Origin: Lingula anatina
Lineage: Eukaryota; Animalia; Brachiopoda
Assembly: GCA_051362555.1 (NCBI GenBank)
Contig: CM120641.1
Coordinates: 28,464,401 to 28,528,400, forward strand
Direction of reading: 5' to 3'
DNA length: 64,000 bases
Below are positions 1-14,200 of the stretch, in pieces. The translations under genes and the position numbers were made by a program. The notes under the pieces are model-generated. The model did not search any database. It saw only the letters and a program-made list of their open reading frames with translations, and was not told where the DNA came from. Numbering within the stretch: the stretch's first letter is position 1; each line of letters opens with the position of its first letter.

Positions 1-3000
1 TCCAGTGCTGGTATGGAGGAAATACACCTGGCCTTGCTGGGTCGTTCTTTGTTCTGAAAAACAATTGCAAAAATAGACAAAGATTTCAAATAATTTAATA
101 AACAGTGAAAGGACAACATAATAATATCTTTTTCTTTCAAGTTCAACTAAAAAACAAGTACTATGTAATTATTTCAATACCAAAAAGAAGCAGATCACTA
201 GCCAATTTTCATAGTGCAGAAAGTTCATATCTATCTTATATTAATTATGTGGTTCATTTCCACAAGACTGTAGAGCTGTGTGTGAGGAGTACATTTGCAA
301 GATTGAAACGGCTTGTATCGTAGTGCAGGTAATTACAGTGCATACCTGCTAAATAATTCATCCACCACTGCACTCAAGTAACCATGAGAGAGGATGGTAT
401 GAACTCTTAATGCCCATCAGTTTCTCAGACAATGTTCAATCAACTTATACCATCAGTGTCTTGGTAAACTTATTTTTTATGTAGCTTTTTTTCATACTTG
501 TCTATTTCTAATTCTATTAAACAAAATATTCAAACTTCAAACGTTACATAAAAGAAATATTTTTTATGCAAACCATCATATGCAGGAAGTTAAAGCCTAT
601 ATTTGAATTTTTTAAAGCTAGTAGCTGTGATGTGATTTTTTTAAAAATATCTACCCATACCCAGGGTGTGTAAAGTTTGGCTTTTATGTGAATTCCATAC
701 TTTAAATGGCAAATTTCAGGGATGAAAAGGTCTTATCAGTAAATTACCTTCATTATACAAGCACCCAAAAGGTTAAACCATGTAAAGCATTTTATACACA
801 CGCACACTTGTACTACTGTTCCAATGCCTTGTTTTATCTTCTCACATTTTAGACTGCCAAAATAACAAACAACTTATTACAGGGTGCCTTACACTCAATG
901 TTAACAAAATTCAGACCAAATGGAATGCAACGAAGCCAGTTTATCCATACTAAATCTGAACCAAGATCCACATGGTCCAATCAAGTCACAATATTGCCTG
1001 CTGGGTTGCTGCATGTCTGATTCCATATCCATCAGTTACTTAGGGTGAACTCATTTCGTCTTGCTTTATCCCAAAGGTAACTTTGCCTTTTACATCCAAG
1101 GTATCATATAGTTACTTACCATAACCATCAGGCAACTCCACTGCCTGTACTAAATGAGATCTGTTGAGATAATTCCGATGCCTTGTGGACCTGCGTCGGG
1201 AACTACCCCGCTCACTGCCAGCGTTACTGCTGGACCCGCCACTCGGACTAGTTGCATTGTTTGTATTGTTAGAACTACTACTGCCACTGCCGCCTGTACT
1301 GGCTCCATTGCCAGGGCTACTGCCATTAGTTAGACGTTGTTGCTGTTGTTGCTGCTGAGACGGCGATGATGATGATGATAATGATGATGAGCCAGCACCT
1401 GAGTTTTGATTAGTTAATGAGGATGACGAAGAATTGATGTTCATGCTTAACCGCCGTGAAGCACGGTCAGCAACACACTCTGCAGCAGGCCTAAAATAAA
1501 GAAACAATTATTTACAATCATCATATTTCAGAATTGTAAAGGGGGGAAAGCGATATAAATGGCACACTCAAAGCAATTTATGCAACATACTCTAATATGT
1601 GCATTAAAACAGTTCCTTAAAAAAAAGAAAACACTACTCTTACATCATTTATGCACCCAAAAGTCAAGTTCAATTACCACAGCTGTTTTTAACATCCACT
1701 ACATTCCTATCCTTTAAAATATCTTCCTTTTAAAAAGAAGCAAATACACAAGGTTTAAGATGGTACCAAATCATATATTTTTCAATGGTAGCTGAAATCT
1801 TATGCCACTGCCCTTAACCTGATGAGGGGTCATCTTCCTCTTTGTTATTTCAGTTTGTACCACCTGCCACATAACAGTGACTTGTGGGCACTTTAAAATG
1901 TCACTCCCTTTGTCATCACCCAAGCATTTCCATACAGTTGAAACAGTTTTAAACATCTAAAGATTTTTTACACATCATACAAAATAAAATCATTTGAAAC
2001 CCTTCATTTGGTACCATTTTATCAGGGCGGAATATATATGAAAGTCATTTATATCACTTTTTATTTGACTGATAATGGCCTTCCAAAGGCTACTAACAGT
2101 AGTTATTTACTTGTGATAAGTGGTATTTTAATGAGTTTCCGTTGTGGCAGTGTGTCATCTAATTGCTTATGGTACCTACTCATTTTACCTACTGTGATAT
2201 TGTCAATGCTGTAATCAAATGTGGCTTAAATATGCACATAATGTACAATGGACTTAATTCTGAAATTTCTAATGGACCTTTTTTTTTAAAATCTATATTG
2301 ATCTTCCCTCTTTGTTACCATAACCTAGAAGACACCCTTCACATGTGACTTGCAGATAGCAATCATATTTAACCCAAACACTCACATGTCCATCTAGCTG
2401 TGGGGCACACCCAATAAAAACAAACACTAGTTTCTTTCCATTAAGTACTCTGCCATGTTTGATTCATTCAACTACCTGTACAAAGTAAGCTCCACATGGC
2501 AAAAGCCCTCCAGTGGGAGCTTCGGATGTAACAAATTGTGGCTTCCTCTGTGTTTCCGCACCAGCATTGTTATGTCCTGTGCTGCAGTCACCACCGTCCA
2601 CTCAGTCTGTCCCCAAATGTGCCCGCAGTTAGTCTACACAAAAGCCCTTTGTCTTCTATGCTTAACCTTTGTACTTTCTTTGTCCGCACAATTAGGTGAT
2701 GTTACCTATAGCTTTCCTGCATCAAGCTCTCCTTTATATACACATATATATCACTTAAGCAATTAGAGACCAGTTAATAAAATCTCTCCTATATTGCGGC
2801 AGCTGGCCTTAGCACGTGCAGAACAATGCTCAACAACACATTGAACTATATTGAGCCCAAGGCAAGTCCTAAGCTCTCTATATATCTTACAACAGCAGTC
2901 AGATTAGAGGAAGAGATTTACATATCTATCTAATCATCTTGAGAAGGATTGAGGGTTGTCCAAATCTCAGATATTAACAACTGCCAAATCAAATATACTT

Positions 3001-6000
3001 CCTTCTGACCAAAATAATCAAATTATATGGCTTATGCAGTAAAATAATACCCCCCCCTTTAGAAAAGATGAAGGGGATAAAGGAGATGATCTATCCACTT
3101 TTGACATCTAAGCTTTAAAGGGCATATTTCTTTCTAGTATTGCATAAAACTAGTAGGTAGGTTACTTCACCTGAAAATTTTTTTAAATGCTTTGTGATTT
3201 TCGACACATAACAGCACAGATAATCATATCATTATAATACTGCAGGCAAACTTCATTGTAATTCAGTATCATATTGATTTACTTCAGGAACATTAAGAAA
3301 AAAAAAAAGCTGATATATAGAAAGTAGTAACTGAAATCACTGCCTGTAAAGGTCTGACAACATTTAACATTTCAATTCGCCTGTTATGACCTGAATAGCG
3401 CTATTCAATTTTGTTCACTTTGGCATTCACAGAAAACAAAGCGACAGAATGAAATGGAAGGCATCCATGCACCGATACAGACTTTTGAGGTTATCTTCTT
3501 ATTTCCCCGTAATCATTTGCCAACGAAAATGCAATTTATGCACGTGAAAGGAAATGAGAAAGTCTTGTACATGACACATATTGATCCATAATAATATGAA
3601 CTGTCCTTTGGCTTTCTTTCAAAACCATAGAAAGTCTGTCAGGGTAATAAGTTCTTATCAAGAAAAGTTCTATAGAGAGCACAGTATCAATAGTTTTTGA
3701 TGCCAATAGAATATCTTATTTCCAAAAGAGGAAAAAAGGGTCAGGAAATGAAAAATACATGAAAGAAATCTGAACACTGGAGACAAAATTACTTTTTAAC
3801 AAACCCTTGAAACATCTCTCCTTGAAACACTAACTTCTCATCCTAATCAACAGGTATAAAATACCATTAACTTACAACTAGCAGTTGTAGTATTGCCACT
3901 TAATTGGTATGAAAATACTCAAAATGAGTACTAACCTTTTCTCCTGCCAGTCACATATTTCAGAATGAAGCAAAGTGCTGTTATTTATATGTCTAGGTGA
4001 CATTATCAAAAAACATTTAATTAATTCTGATAATTATTAGATTCTCAGTCATATACCAGCATGCTGTATAAATCATTTTAAGGTAAAATGTCTCTACTCA
4101 AATAAAAACATCTATCTTTAAACAATGTCCATAATAACCTATTTTGTAAGTCATGTCAATAACCCCAAAGATTCCATATCATTGGTTTGAAAATTATGTA
4201 AGTAATCCATCATATATCAGCTGTATTTACAAAACATAAAATTTATTGACTTAAATCATAATTTATGACTAATACTTAAGACAGAAATACATGTATGAAC
4301 TAAATGCCCTTATTCTTTTCACATCTTCACAAACAAGGTTTGAAAGACCATTTTCTTTTAAACAGTACCTAACCTTCAGACTACACAGGCCTGCTTAATT
4401 TGATCACTGCACTTGCAAATCATTACATTTTTTCCTCTACACTAACATATCATATATTATTTCATATCTTCTTTTAAATTATATTTTTTCTCACCTTGTT
4501 GGTCTTTCCCACTGTGTAGTTCTTGTGACATGGTTTATGTAATGGACCCTTCCACTTGCGGTACGCCTTTCTTCCCACCTGGAACAAAGCATTCATTTTT
4601 TAAGTGATAAGCAAACAACACTGCTTCTGTCATACTCATATTATTCTGTAAGTCAATGCTTAATTTTTCACTAGATCTCTTATAATATGCATAAGAATAA
4701 ATAAAAATGTTTAACTGAATGCAGGCACGAGTTGAACAATATCATGTTATTCCTTTTTTTTTCTGATGCTTGTTTTATCCTTGATATACCACTCCCTGTT
4801 AGTTAAAATATATACAACTTTGCACAAATTCAAGAGTGAATACAGCATTGAGACTGCTTCATTAACTTTCTATTTAGAAGGATGTCTTCATTTGTCTTTT
4901 AAATTCAGGTTTATTTAAAAAGAAGTTTGAACTCCCTTAGAAAAAGTGTTATAAGCAGAATACCTGGATATATTTCATAGCATTAAGTTTATGGTCCCAA
5001 TCAATTATAAATTTAATTTTGCAAAAAATATAAAGTATTTCCCCATTTTTATCAGCCAAGTTGGTTTATCTTTCAGCATTAGGTGAAAAGCTACTGATAG
5101 CGCATACCTAGACTGCAGTTCAATTTTGGCCCTGCATTCTAGAGTTATATAGCATTTCCTTCCTTTTTCCTCATTCCTGACTTAACCTGCCCAAGTGGCC
5201 CAGACACAAACATTTTTCTATTTCCTACTTAAATCTGAATTAAAGTAATTGCCAATATTTCACTGGCAATCACCTCTCACTTTCCCAGATATGCACAGAA
5301 AGGAAGATAGGTCTACACTAAAAATATAAGCCAGCTGGATGTGTCTGATTAAGCTAACAGATTACCTTTACCCTCTCTTATATTGTAACATTCAATAAGG
5401 CCCATCTATGCTGTAGTCGAGGTCTGACATCAAAATACCCTCCCCCCCAAAAAAAACATTATTTTTTTATCTCTTCACACCTGGCATAGATCAGTTATGC
5501 CTAAAATTAGTTGAATTACTTTTTGTTACATTAATAGTGTAGATATGTACAGGTGTACAGGAGTCAGGCCAAATAATGTCAGTACGTTTGGAGGTAAAAA
5601 AAGATAATTATGTCAGATTATGTAGCATGACTTATATTTAGCTTTTATGGCAAAAACATTCTATTCCATGCATTCTATTCATACACGGTTTATAAATGCA
5701 TATTTTGTTGTCTACTGCTTCTTCAATATATTGGCAAACCCGTTCTCATAAAATCCTATACTTCCATTAATTCTTCAATTTCTTAAACCATACTCGGGCA
5801 TGCAATTTTTTTACTCTACTTCTTTATTTACCAACTGACTCTACGACAGATTTTCTGGATTTACTCTTTCAAAATACAATAAATTACAAATAATGGCACC
5901 ATAGTCCATGGCAACAAATTTGATTTCAAATCCCTTGCTTTATAATGTGCAACATAAGGATTGCATATTCACACCAACAAACTAAAAATAAAGAGAAGGT

Positions 6001-9000
6001 GGAGGCACAAATGGCATTATCCTTTTAGTGAACAGATTTTCTTCAACTCATAGCTAATAAAAGACTTCCCTGAGGTATAAGGCAGCTCAAAAATAAATTT
6101 TGTCATAATTACTAGGCTATAGATTTTTATCAGTCCAGTATTATTATTTCATATTTTATCAGTCAAAATTCATGTCAAAAATGTCCAGGGACCTACTGCT
6201 TGTAACATTGCACCAAATTGGTGGGTAATATACAAATGGTTGATCCCTAAATTTATATTTGACCTAATTACCAGTAGAGTATGAACAGAATCCCAGAGCT
6301 AATTTGATCAGCTTTTTCCCATAATGTAATATACCACAACAGGGCCAAATGCACCTGGTGAAAGAACATCAGATAGACCATCATTATCAGTAAATCCTAA
6401 ATCTACATCAACATGGCCTAATAAATTCCCTGGCAGACTAGCCATCATATTATGAATCATATGCTGTCTGATAGCATAGGAGAATTAATGCATTTCTTTA
6501 TCAGATCTTCACAGATTTACACACTCAAATGAAAAATCAACAAAATCCCAAGCTGGCTTATCAGATTCGTGCAGATTATTGCATGTTCAATTTGGCTTTG
6601 GCAAGCAGCTTGCTTTGCCACCAAGGGATCAAACATGTAGACTTAGCTGCCAGAATGCATGAATATCATAAAGGAATTCTACAGCCACAGACTGCAAACA
6701 CGATGAACATAAACTACGAGTGGCAAATACACACACACACACACACACCATTTAGCTGTTGAACAGAAATTCCACACTAGCTGTGGCTCTGCTGTTTTGA
6801 TTCTGTGTAAAAACCACATGCAAGTTTGGAGTCTTGACCAGCCACTGAAATCCATCATGGAAGTTGATAATTTCCCGATGTTAAGGAACTGCTTCATAAC
6901 AGATGATATCAGGCTTGCAGGAAGCAATGTACAAAACCATGCCACCCTGATACCTTCAAAAATCAAATCAGTCTATCTTTTCAAACTTGGCAACAACTAA
7001 AACAGGACAAGGTTCATAGAAATTTCACCGTCACATTATCATCAAGCAATTTTCACCATTTCTTTCTCTTTCAGGCACAATGATTTTAATATTCATTTTT
7101 TTTTTAATTCTTTAATTGGGATATTGACATATTAGGGAAAAATCATGTGACAGGCTAGCTATACAGAGGACCCTGGAAGGTACTCAGGTATAGATAATCA
7201 TAAACCCATCTATGCAACTCTGACACCATTTTATGAAATTGTGCCAAACCATAATAGCCATACCACCACAAAAGGAAAGAAAAAAAGGGAAGAAATAGCA
7301 ACTTCACAGATCAGTCATCCGTTCTCATAATTACAGACTGTCATATTCAACACTCCCTTGACACCTCTTCAAAGACTTCAAGTAAGCCTGCCAAATCCAC
7401 ATAATATACAAGAGACAAAATACACTGCCATAAGGCAATCTAGAAAATGCTATGCTAAATTATCATAGCAGATTTTTTTTTATGTAACATTTTATTGCAA
7501 ACAGGAAATTTGATTCATTTATGTCTACAAGTAGAAAATTACAACAGAACTGGAGGTATTACCGAGTTAGGAATTCAGACACTCTGTTGCCTTGTATTTT
7601 TCCACTCTCTTGAACTTTATATTACAGTAAATTTATTGAGAAAATAAGGATTGGGTTTTATTTTTGCCATATCGTCACGTTGGTCTTAAAAAATACATAA
7701 CATTTTCACCCATTACTGGTGGTAAAGAATTTAACCAGATATTTTCAAAGAAAGAATCATTCTTTCCAATTCCAATAAAGACCTCTTTTCACAGTACTTA
7801 CCCCTCGGGCAGCTCGTTGGGATCCCTGGGTATAATGGTTGATATGCCAGATATATCTGCGACGGTGGGACCAGAGCCTCCCCCACGATCCCTGGTAATA
7901 AGACTGATGACTATCTGCCCTCGAACTGTTTCATTGTCATCAGCATTGTTCTTTTGTAAGTCTAACCGTTGAACTGCAAGAACAAAATGATTTACAGTTA
8001 AAAGCTGGTACATTACACTTTAAAAAACAACAGATTACTTCCAGTTCCACTAGTGGCTGGTGGAAGTATTCTTCATCATGTGAAACCTTTTTGAAAATCA
8101 GTAAATGACAGAAAAAAAAGGATGCCAGTGTTAATATCATATTCTAATCATCAAAAAAAAAATCATCTTTTTTTTTAATCACAAGCATTATACCCTTCAA
8201 TAGAAATTGACCGGAAAATTCTGACAGCCATTTTCCACTTACCTAAGGAGCCTGGCAATCGACAACATATACACCCCATAATTTCATTTCATTTAATAAT
8301 CCAAGACCACAGCATAGGTCTGATGAACTCATTTCAAACACAATGTAAACCCAGCATCCTTTCTTATCCTAAAAGATACACAGATATTCCCTAAAATGTT
8401 CCAGTTTGGAGTTTTTTGATAGCCAATGAAGTTGAACACTGTAAATTGCCTGCAAACTACAGGATACTCCCTGCCTGAGCTCTACACCTTGCTTGCATTT
8501 ATTCCTCTGCCTGGGAAATGTATGTGGTAGGTCAGAAAATTTCAGGGAATGACTCATATGCAGAGTCTAGTCTACATTCTGAAGCAGAAGATCAGATCAA
8601 TCGATTCCAGCAGCACAGTAAATCCACATACAACACACAATGACGATAATGGGTGCTTGTTCTGATAGGATTGGAGATGGATGCACTAATTTCCTTTAGT
8701 CTGCCAGTTATATCATTATAGCGCACATAAAGAGATTTCCTTTTCCAAGCAAGTCTGCCACTGTTCCTCTGCCCCCCCCCCCCCCCCCCAATCACTCTCT
8801 GACACCAGTTGTATATGATTAGAAAGCACATAAACACATAAACAAATATCTTCAAAAATTATTTGCCAATAACTCAGGATGTTGCCTTGAATTCCCAAAT
8901 ACCAAAAGACACTTCCTAAAGCGTACACATTAAGCAATTTCCTTATATCCTCCCTTAAAGTGTTCCCAGGGCAGCATTCTCTTTGCAAGAGACAGCTTGC

Positions 9001-11200
9001 ACAGAGCAGGGGAGAAAATATCCCACCGTGATGCAACAATCTTATGAACCAATTCAGTCTTGTTTACACAGCACTGTAAGCATTCCCAGATCCCTCCCAC
9101 CCGAAAAAAAAAATTACAAGCTGACCATTTAATATCAGTTATCGCTGTGTTTTAGGGAACGAGGATATCAGCCCACCTTGGGAGGCAGTCCACCTGACTC
9201 TTTATGACGTGCAATTTCAATATCATTCATATATACTCTGTATGAGATATTTAACACAGCAGGGTTACATATTATAAATAAGGATATCATTATCAAAGGA
9301 TATAAATAATATAAATAATTTAGAGGTGTACATACTGTTAGGTGTTTATAATATTCCCTGTAAGGTCCCCACCCCCTTCTTTTAATAGTGAATCAATGTT
9401 ATGGCAAGATAAGCCATCTCCACCTAAATTTGCAGTAAGGTAATTATTAAAGGTGGCAGACAAAACATTAAAATAATTTTGCTGAATCATGGAAAAATCA
9501 CACAACAATATGTTAGCTGGGTAATCTACTTTGTAAGTGCTGAGATCAAAATTTGATGAAAGTCTGCTTTTTTGTATATATCTAATTTAACTTAAATGCT
9601 CATATAGGTTACAGAATCTAAAATAATTTTTAAATTGTGCAAGGGAAAAGTCTAATTAAAGAGAACCTGCTGGTTTCTTTTTTTATAACTCTTAAAATAC
9701 ACCTGTACATCAAAGCTTCCAACTTTGCGCATAGCGAGACACCACCACACCTGCCTAGCAAAGAGGAAAGCTCCTCTCTTAACTCACGTACCTTGACAAA
9801 AATGTTTCTTTTAATTTTTTTTGTCCATTTTGGCAAACAAAATTTAATAGTGTTATACACACACTTCAGAATCATCAACTATGGCTGTATTCCCAGAGCT
9901 TTTAGATCGATCTATCCCCGCGGGGAGTCTCACTAGATTACTGTCAGATAATCCGGCTTAAATTTCCGTCCCGCCTACTACAAGCTGTAAGGGGGTAATT
10001 AACTTTCGTGTCCGCTCAGCTGACAGCTATTTAGCGTGAACCCCCAGGGAGTTAGGTCGATCTAAAGTAGATCGATCTAATCTCTGGAAATGGGGTCTAT
10101 GTTGCTGGCAGTTTCCGTGGGATAACAGTGAATGTATCATCAAAAGATTATACTCACATCAATCTAATATAAAATATCAACCTAGACACCACATATGACA
10201 ACAATTCAAGTACACAAAAAAGATTGAACTAAGAATTTGAGCCAGAGGGATTATCATCCACTAATATGTACAAACAGTTACCCTGTAAAACGTTTAACTA
10301 ATGGTAACTTTAACACATGCCCTGCTCTTTGGCTCATTTGGTCTTCCTAAGCTTTACAAGATTGCATGTTCAGATCAACTGATAAAAAGTCTGCTGGTTC
10401 TTAACTGTTTCCTCCCCCAGGGGTCTTTCAATATTGATATTTCAATAAACAAGCACATCGCAAATAAATGTAGCAATATATTTGCACTTACATGCAATGA
10501 TGAGGAAGTAGATATAATAGTAGTTTCACACAAGTCTTTCTTCAAAATACACAATCCATACAGCTAGCTCTTTTTCATACTGCTTTGGCATTTAGACAAA
10601 ATGATTTGAGATGTCTCTGTTCTATTCTGTGGAAAATCGAACTTCGCATTTACCGATCACAAAAGCAGACAGATTAATTACATGTAATATACTGGAATCT
10701 GATGTTCATTTACTGCACAAGGCATAGAAACAAGAGACCAAGGACAATTGCTGTACAAATGATTTCTTCTGTAGGCAAAGCCAGATTTCATTAACTGCAA
10801 ACAATTTTGTCACATTGAAAATCATTATTCATTTTACCCCTGGCTTTCTCTTGGTAAAAATGCCCAAAAATGAATCACTCGTCAATACTTGTGGTTTTTG
10901 ATCGTGGTGGAAAAAGCATTAGAAAAATATTTTATTTCAGTATCTGTAAACTATCGAAAACAATTCTAAGACAAAATTTACCCCTATATCTATCATTTTC
11001 AGATGGTTCTGTACAAATTCATTTTCTTCCATTGTAAAAATATTCCAAAATTGATCAAAGAAAAAGCAACCTCCTAATCTGCCCAACTGGTAACTTTTCT
11101 GTTGAGAGAACTTTAAGCCAATCAAAATTGTTGCTACTGATAGTCTTCAGCTGGTTTATAACAAAAGGGTGTATTACAAACTGTTTCCCTCACTTGAGCT

Positions 11201-11247
<47 letters not shown>

Positions 11248-14200
11248 CATAGTTTCACCCCTGATAGTCTTTGTTGCATTTAATACTAAATATACATTGA
11301 AAGTTTAAAATCTCAACAAAAGAGTTGCCAAGTCAAATTTCAACTAGAGGAATGTAAAAAAAATATATTAAGACAATATATTGGTTGGTTGTTTGTTTTG
11401 CATGATCTACTCACATCCAGTGTCTTTTAGCCTCTGTATGGCATTGGACATAATTCGTACACATCCTAAAAAGCCTGCTCCTTGCTTTTTATGTATCTTT
11501 TTGTAGTTCCACACACTGATGGTGATGGAGTCTTTTTGTCCTATGTATCTGTAACAAACAGAGAAAGTTATGTTGACATTTATGTATATTGCCTATTTTT
11601 GTACTAAAATTCCAACGCATTGAAATTGTAATTAAAAAAAAAACTCTTTTTGTACAATAAGTTTCAAAAAACCTTAAATGCCCTAGCACACAGAGTTCTG
11701 ATTATTTGTGCATGCCAGCCATTTCTGAAAATTCTTTCCTTTTTTTAAACAAAATAATGACTCTGGCATCCGGTACATTTCTCAGCAAGAAGTCTAGGTG
11801 TTATATATACGTGTAGTGTAACCCTAAGAATACTTACAAATCATAATGCTGGTTCCATTTGGGATCCAATGTGTTTTTACATGTTTCTGTTGAATGGCAC
11901 TGGCCTGAGCCATCAACACTAATTTTAGCAAAAGGATCTGGCAGGCCTGAAAAAGCCAAGAAATAGTTTTCTTTCACTGAACTGCAATCTTTTTCTGTGT
12001 CCCACTTGTGGGTTCACCCAGAAAAATATTAACAGATAAGTAATAGGAATACCCACTCTGGTGTGACCTTATTTAATGACCAAATCAAACCCCGATTTAA
12101 TATCATTGTTGTCTTAAAAGGGGCAGACATACATGAACTGAAAGATCAAATTGTAATTTGAGAGCCCCACTCCCTCCAAAAAAAGTGCTGCATTGAAGAG
12201 ATGCTCAAACATTGGTAAAAATCAAATGGTTTATGAAAAAATTTAATTGACAAGGTCCTTTGTTTCACTGACTGAAAGGATATCCACACTTTTTCCCAGA
12301 CACATAGGGATAAACATTCCTTTCCTCCAACAGGAAGTCATCTTTACTAGGTCTAGAATGACAGCCTTGAATTTTGTTTCATAACAGAGCCAAAACTTTA
12401 AACAGCCTCAGTAACGGAAACACTACATCAAGTGGTTATTACAGCAAGAAAAGGAAGGAGACTAGAAAGATCAATACACCTTAAAAATCAACTGACAGAA
12501 ATGGTGACAAACAGTTTATAATTCAGGTGTTGTACTTTACAACAAAGTACAACTATATGGTTTAGTAACCTGCTATTGCAAGATGACCTTGCAAAATAAA
12601 GAAATGCTAAGCCGTCTTTTTATGAACATATTCACATATTGCGAACTAAGAATACGGAGGCCACAAAAAGTTGATGACTCAGGACACAACTCAGTTTGAC
12701 AGACCAATAGGAAGGAAAACACTGATGTCTGTCACCATTCAATAAGTCTTACTCAACAAAACCTACTCTTTCCTGATGACAAAACAAATTACTTATAGAT
12801 TACAGCATGTTCAAAACGTTTAATATCATCCACTGTATCATCAAGTTCACCTTCACCTGTGTGCTACTGCTTTTTAAAATGCTCACTTTATCACCTTCTT
12901 CAATAAGAAGTCACATCTGTACATAAATAATGACACACCTAGACAGTTAACAATCACTACATTGAATTGCCTCATATACAGGCATTTAAACAGGTCTGTT
13001 TTCCCAACAAAGGCAAACAAAACTTGTTCTGTGACACCATGCTTGGTATATATAAGTACAATGTGCTAAGTGCAGCCAAGGGCATGATAACTACTGGGGT
13101 TCATTCCCTATGAAACCATCTTCTTTGTAGATTGATACAACTCTACAGGGACTCTCACTGAATGCAATCAGTTTAAGAGATTAACACGCCTCCTCTTGTC
13201 TCTAACTTACTCATATGATCACCAGCTTTTCTGTATTTTACTCAATGCCAGGAGGCGGTGTGTTGATCTGTTAAACTGATTCCATTAGTTGGAGTTGGAT
13301 TGATCTACTTTAAATGATTGTGTCATTGGGAACGAGCCCTTAGATTAGTGTAATCAGTCTGACACAAAATATTGACAAAATCCCACAGCCAACTCGGTAT
13401 TAAGTGACATACTTTTATCATTAAAAAAAAAAGATGCAAAGCTTGATATTTTATGTAAAAACTCAAGAACAGAGTAAAAAATTGCACTTCAAAAATGTGT
13501 TTACATATTATTTGTTATGGGATTACTGACTAGAGTTGTATATTAATTGGAGAGAAAAGCTAGAATGATACTTGAAACAGAAAACAGAAACAGTTTATAA
13601 ATACTCACGAAAGAAGTCCTTCTTTGCCAGATTCTTTGCACACAGTACTGAAAAATATTAAGAATTATTACATATTTCATAAAAACATTAACAAGTAGAA
13701 GGGAAAATCCATGTCATTTTAATTTTAAGAGATAGCACTTCTCTTTATTCATCTTTTTATTTAATCAATACAACAGGATGGAGCATTGGTTGTGTTGATA
13801 TTTTTTATTCATCCCCAAATTTGTTTCTGCTTAAATTAAAAGACAAAGAACATGTGAACACCTTCTTGGGTTTTAGCCAAGTGAAGAAAATGGTCTCAAA
13901 ATGTTTAATCACTGAGTATTTTTGAGTTTGGACCTTTTCTCTCAATGCCTCATGTATTATCTCTATAGTATTAGTATAGTACTTATGCTTGCCAGGAAAT
14001 CCAACTGAAAATATTATTAAATTTTAATAATATTTTCAGCTGGATTTCCTATTAATTTAAATATATATTTGATATAAAAAAGAGCCATTTAATCATATTC
14101 ATATATTGCATTTATTTACTAACTAAAGGAAGGAGATGGTTTGTTCACATCCATCATTTTACTATAAGTATATGATGCCAAAAGAATATTTGAGCTAATT

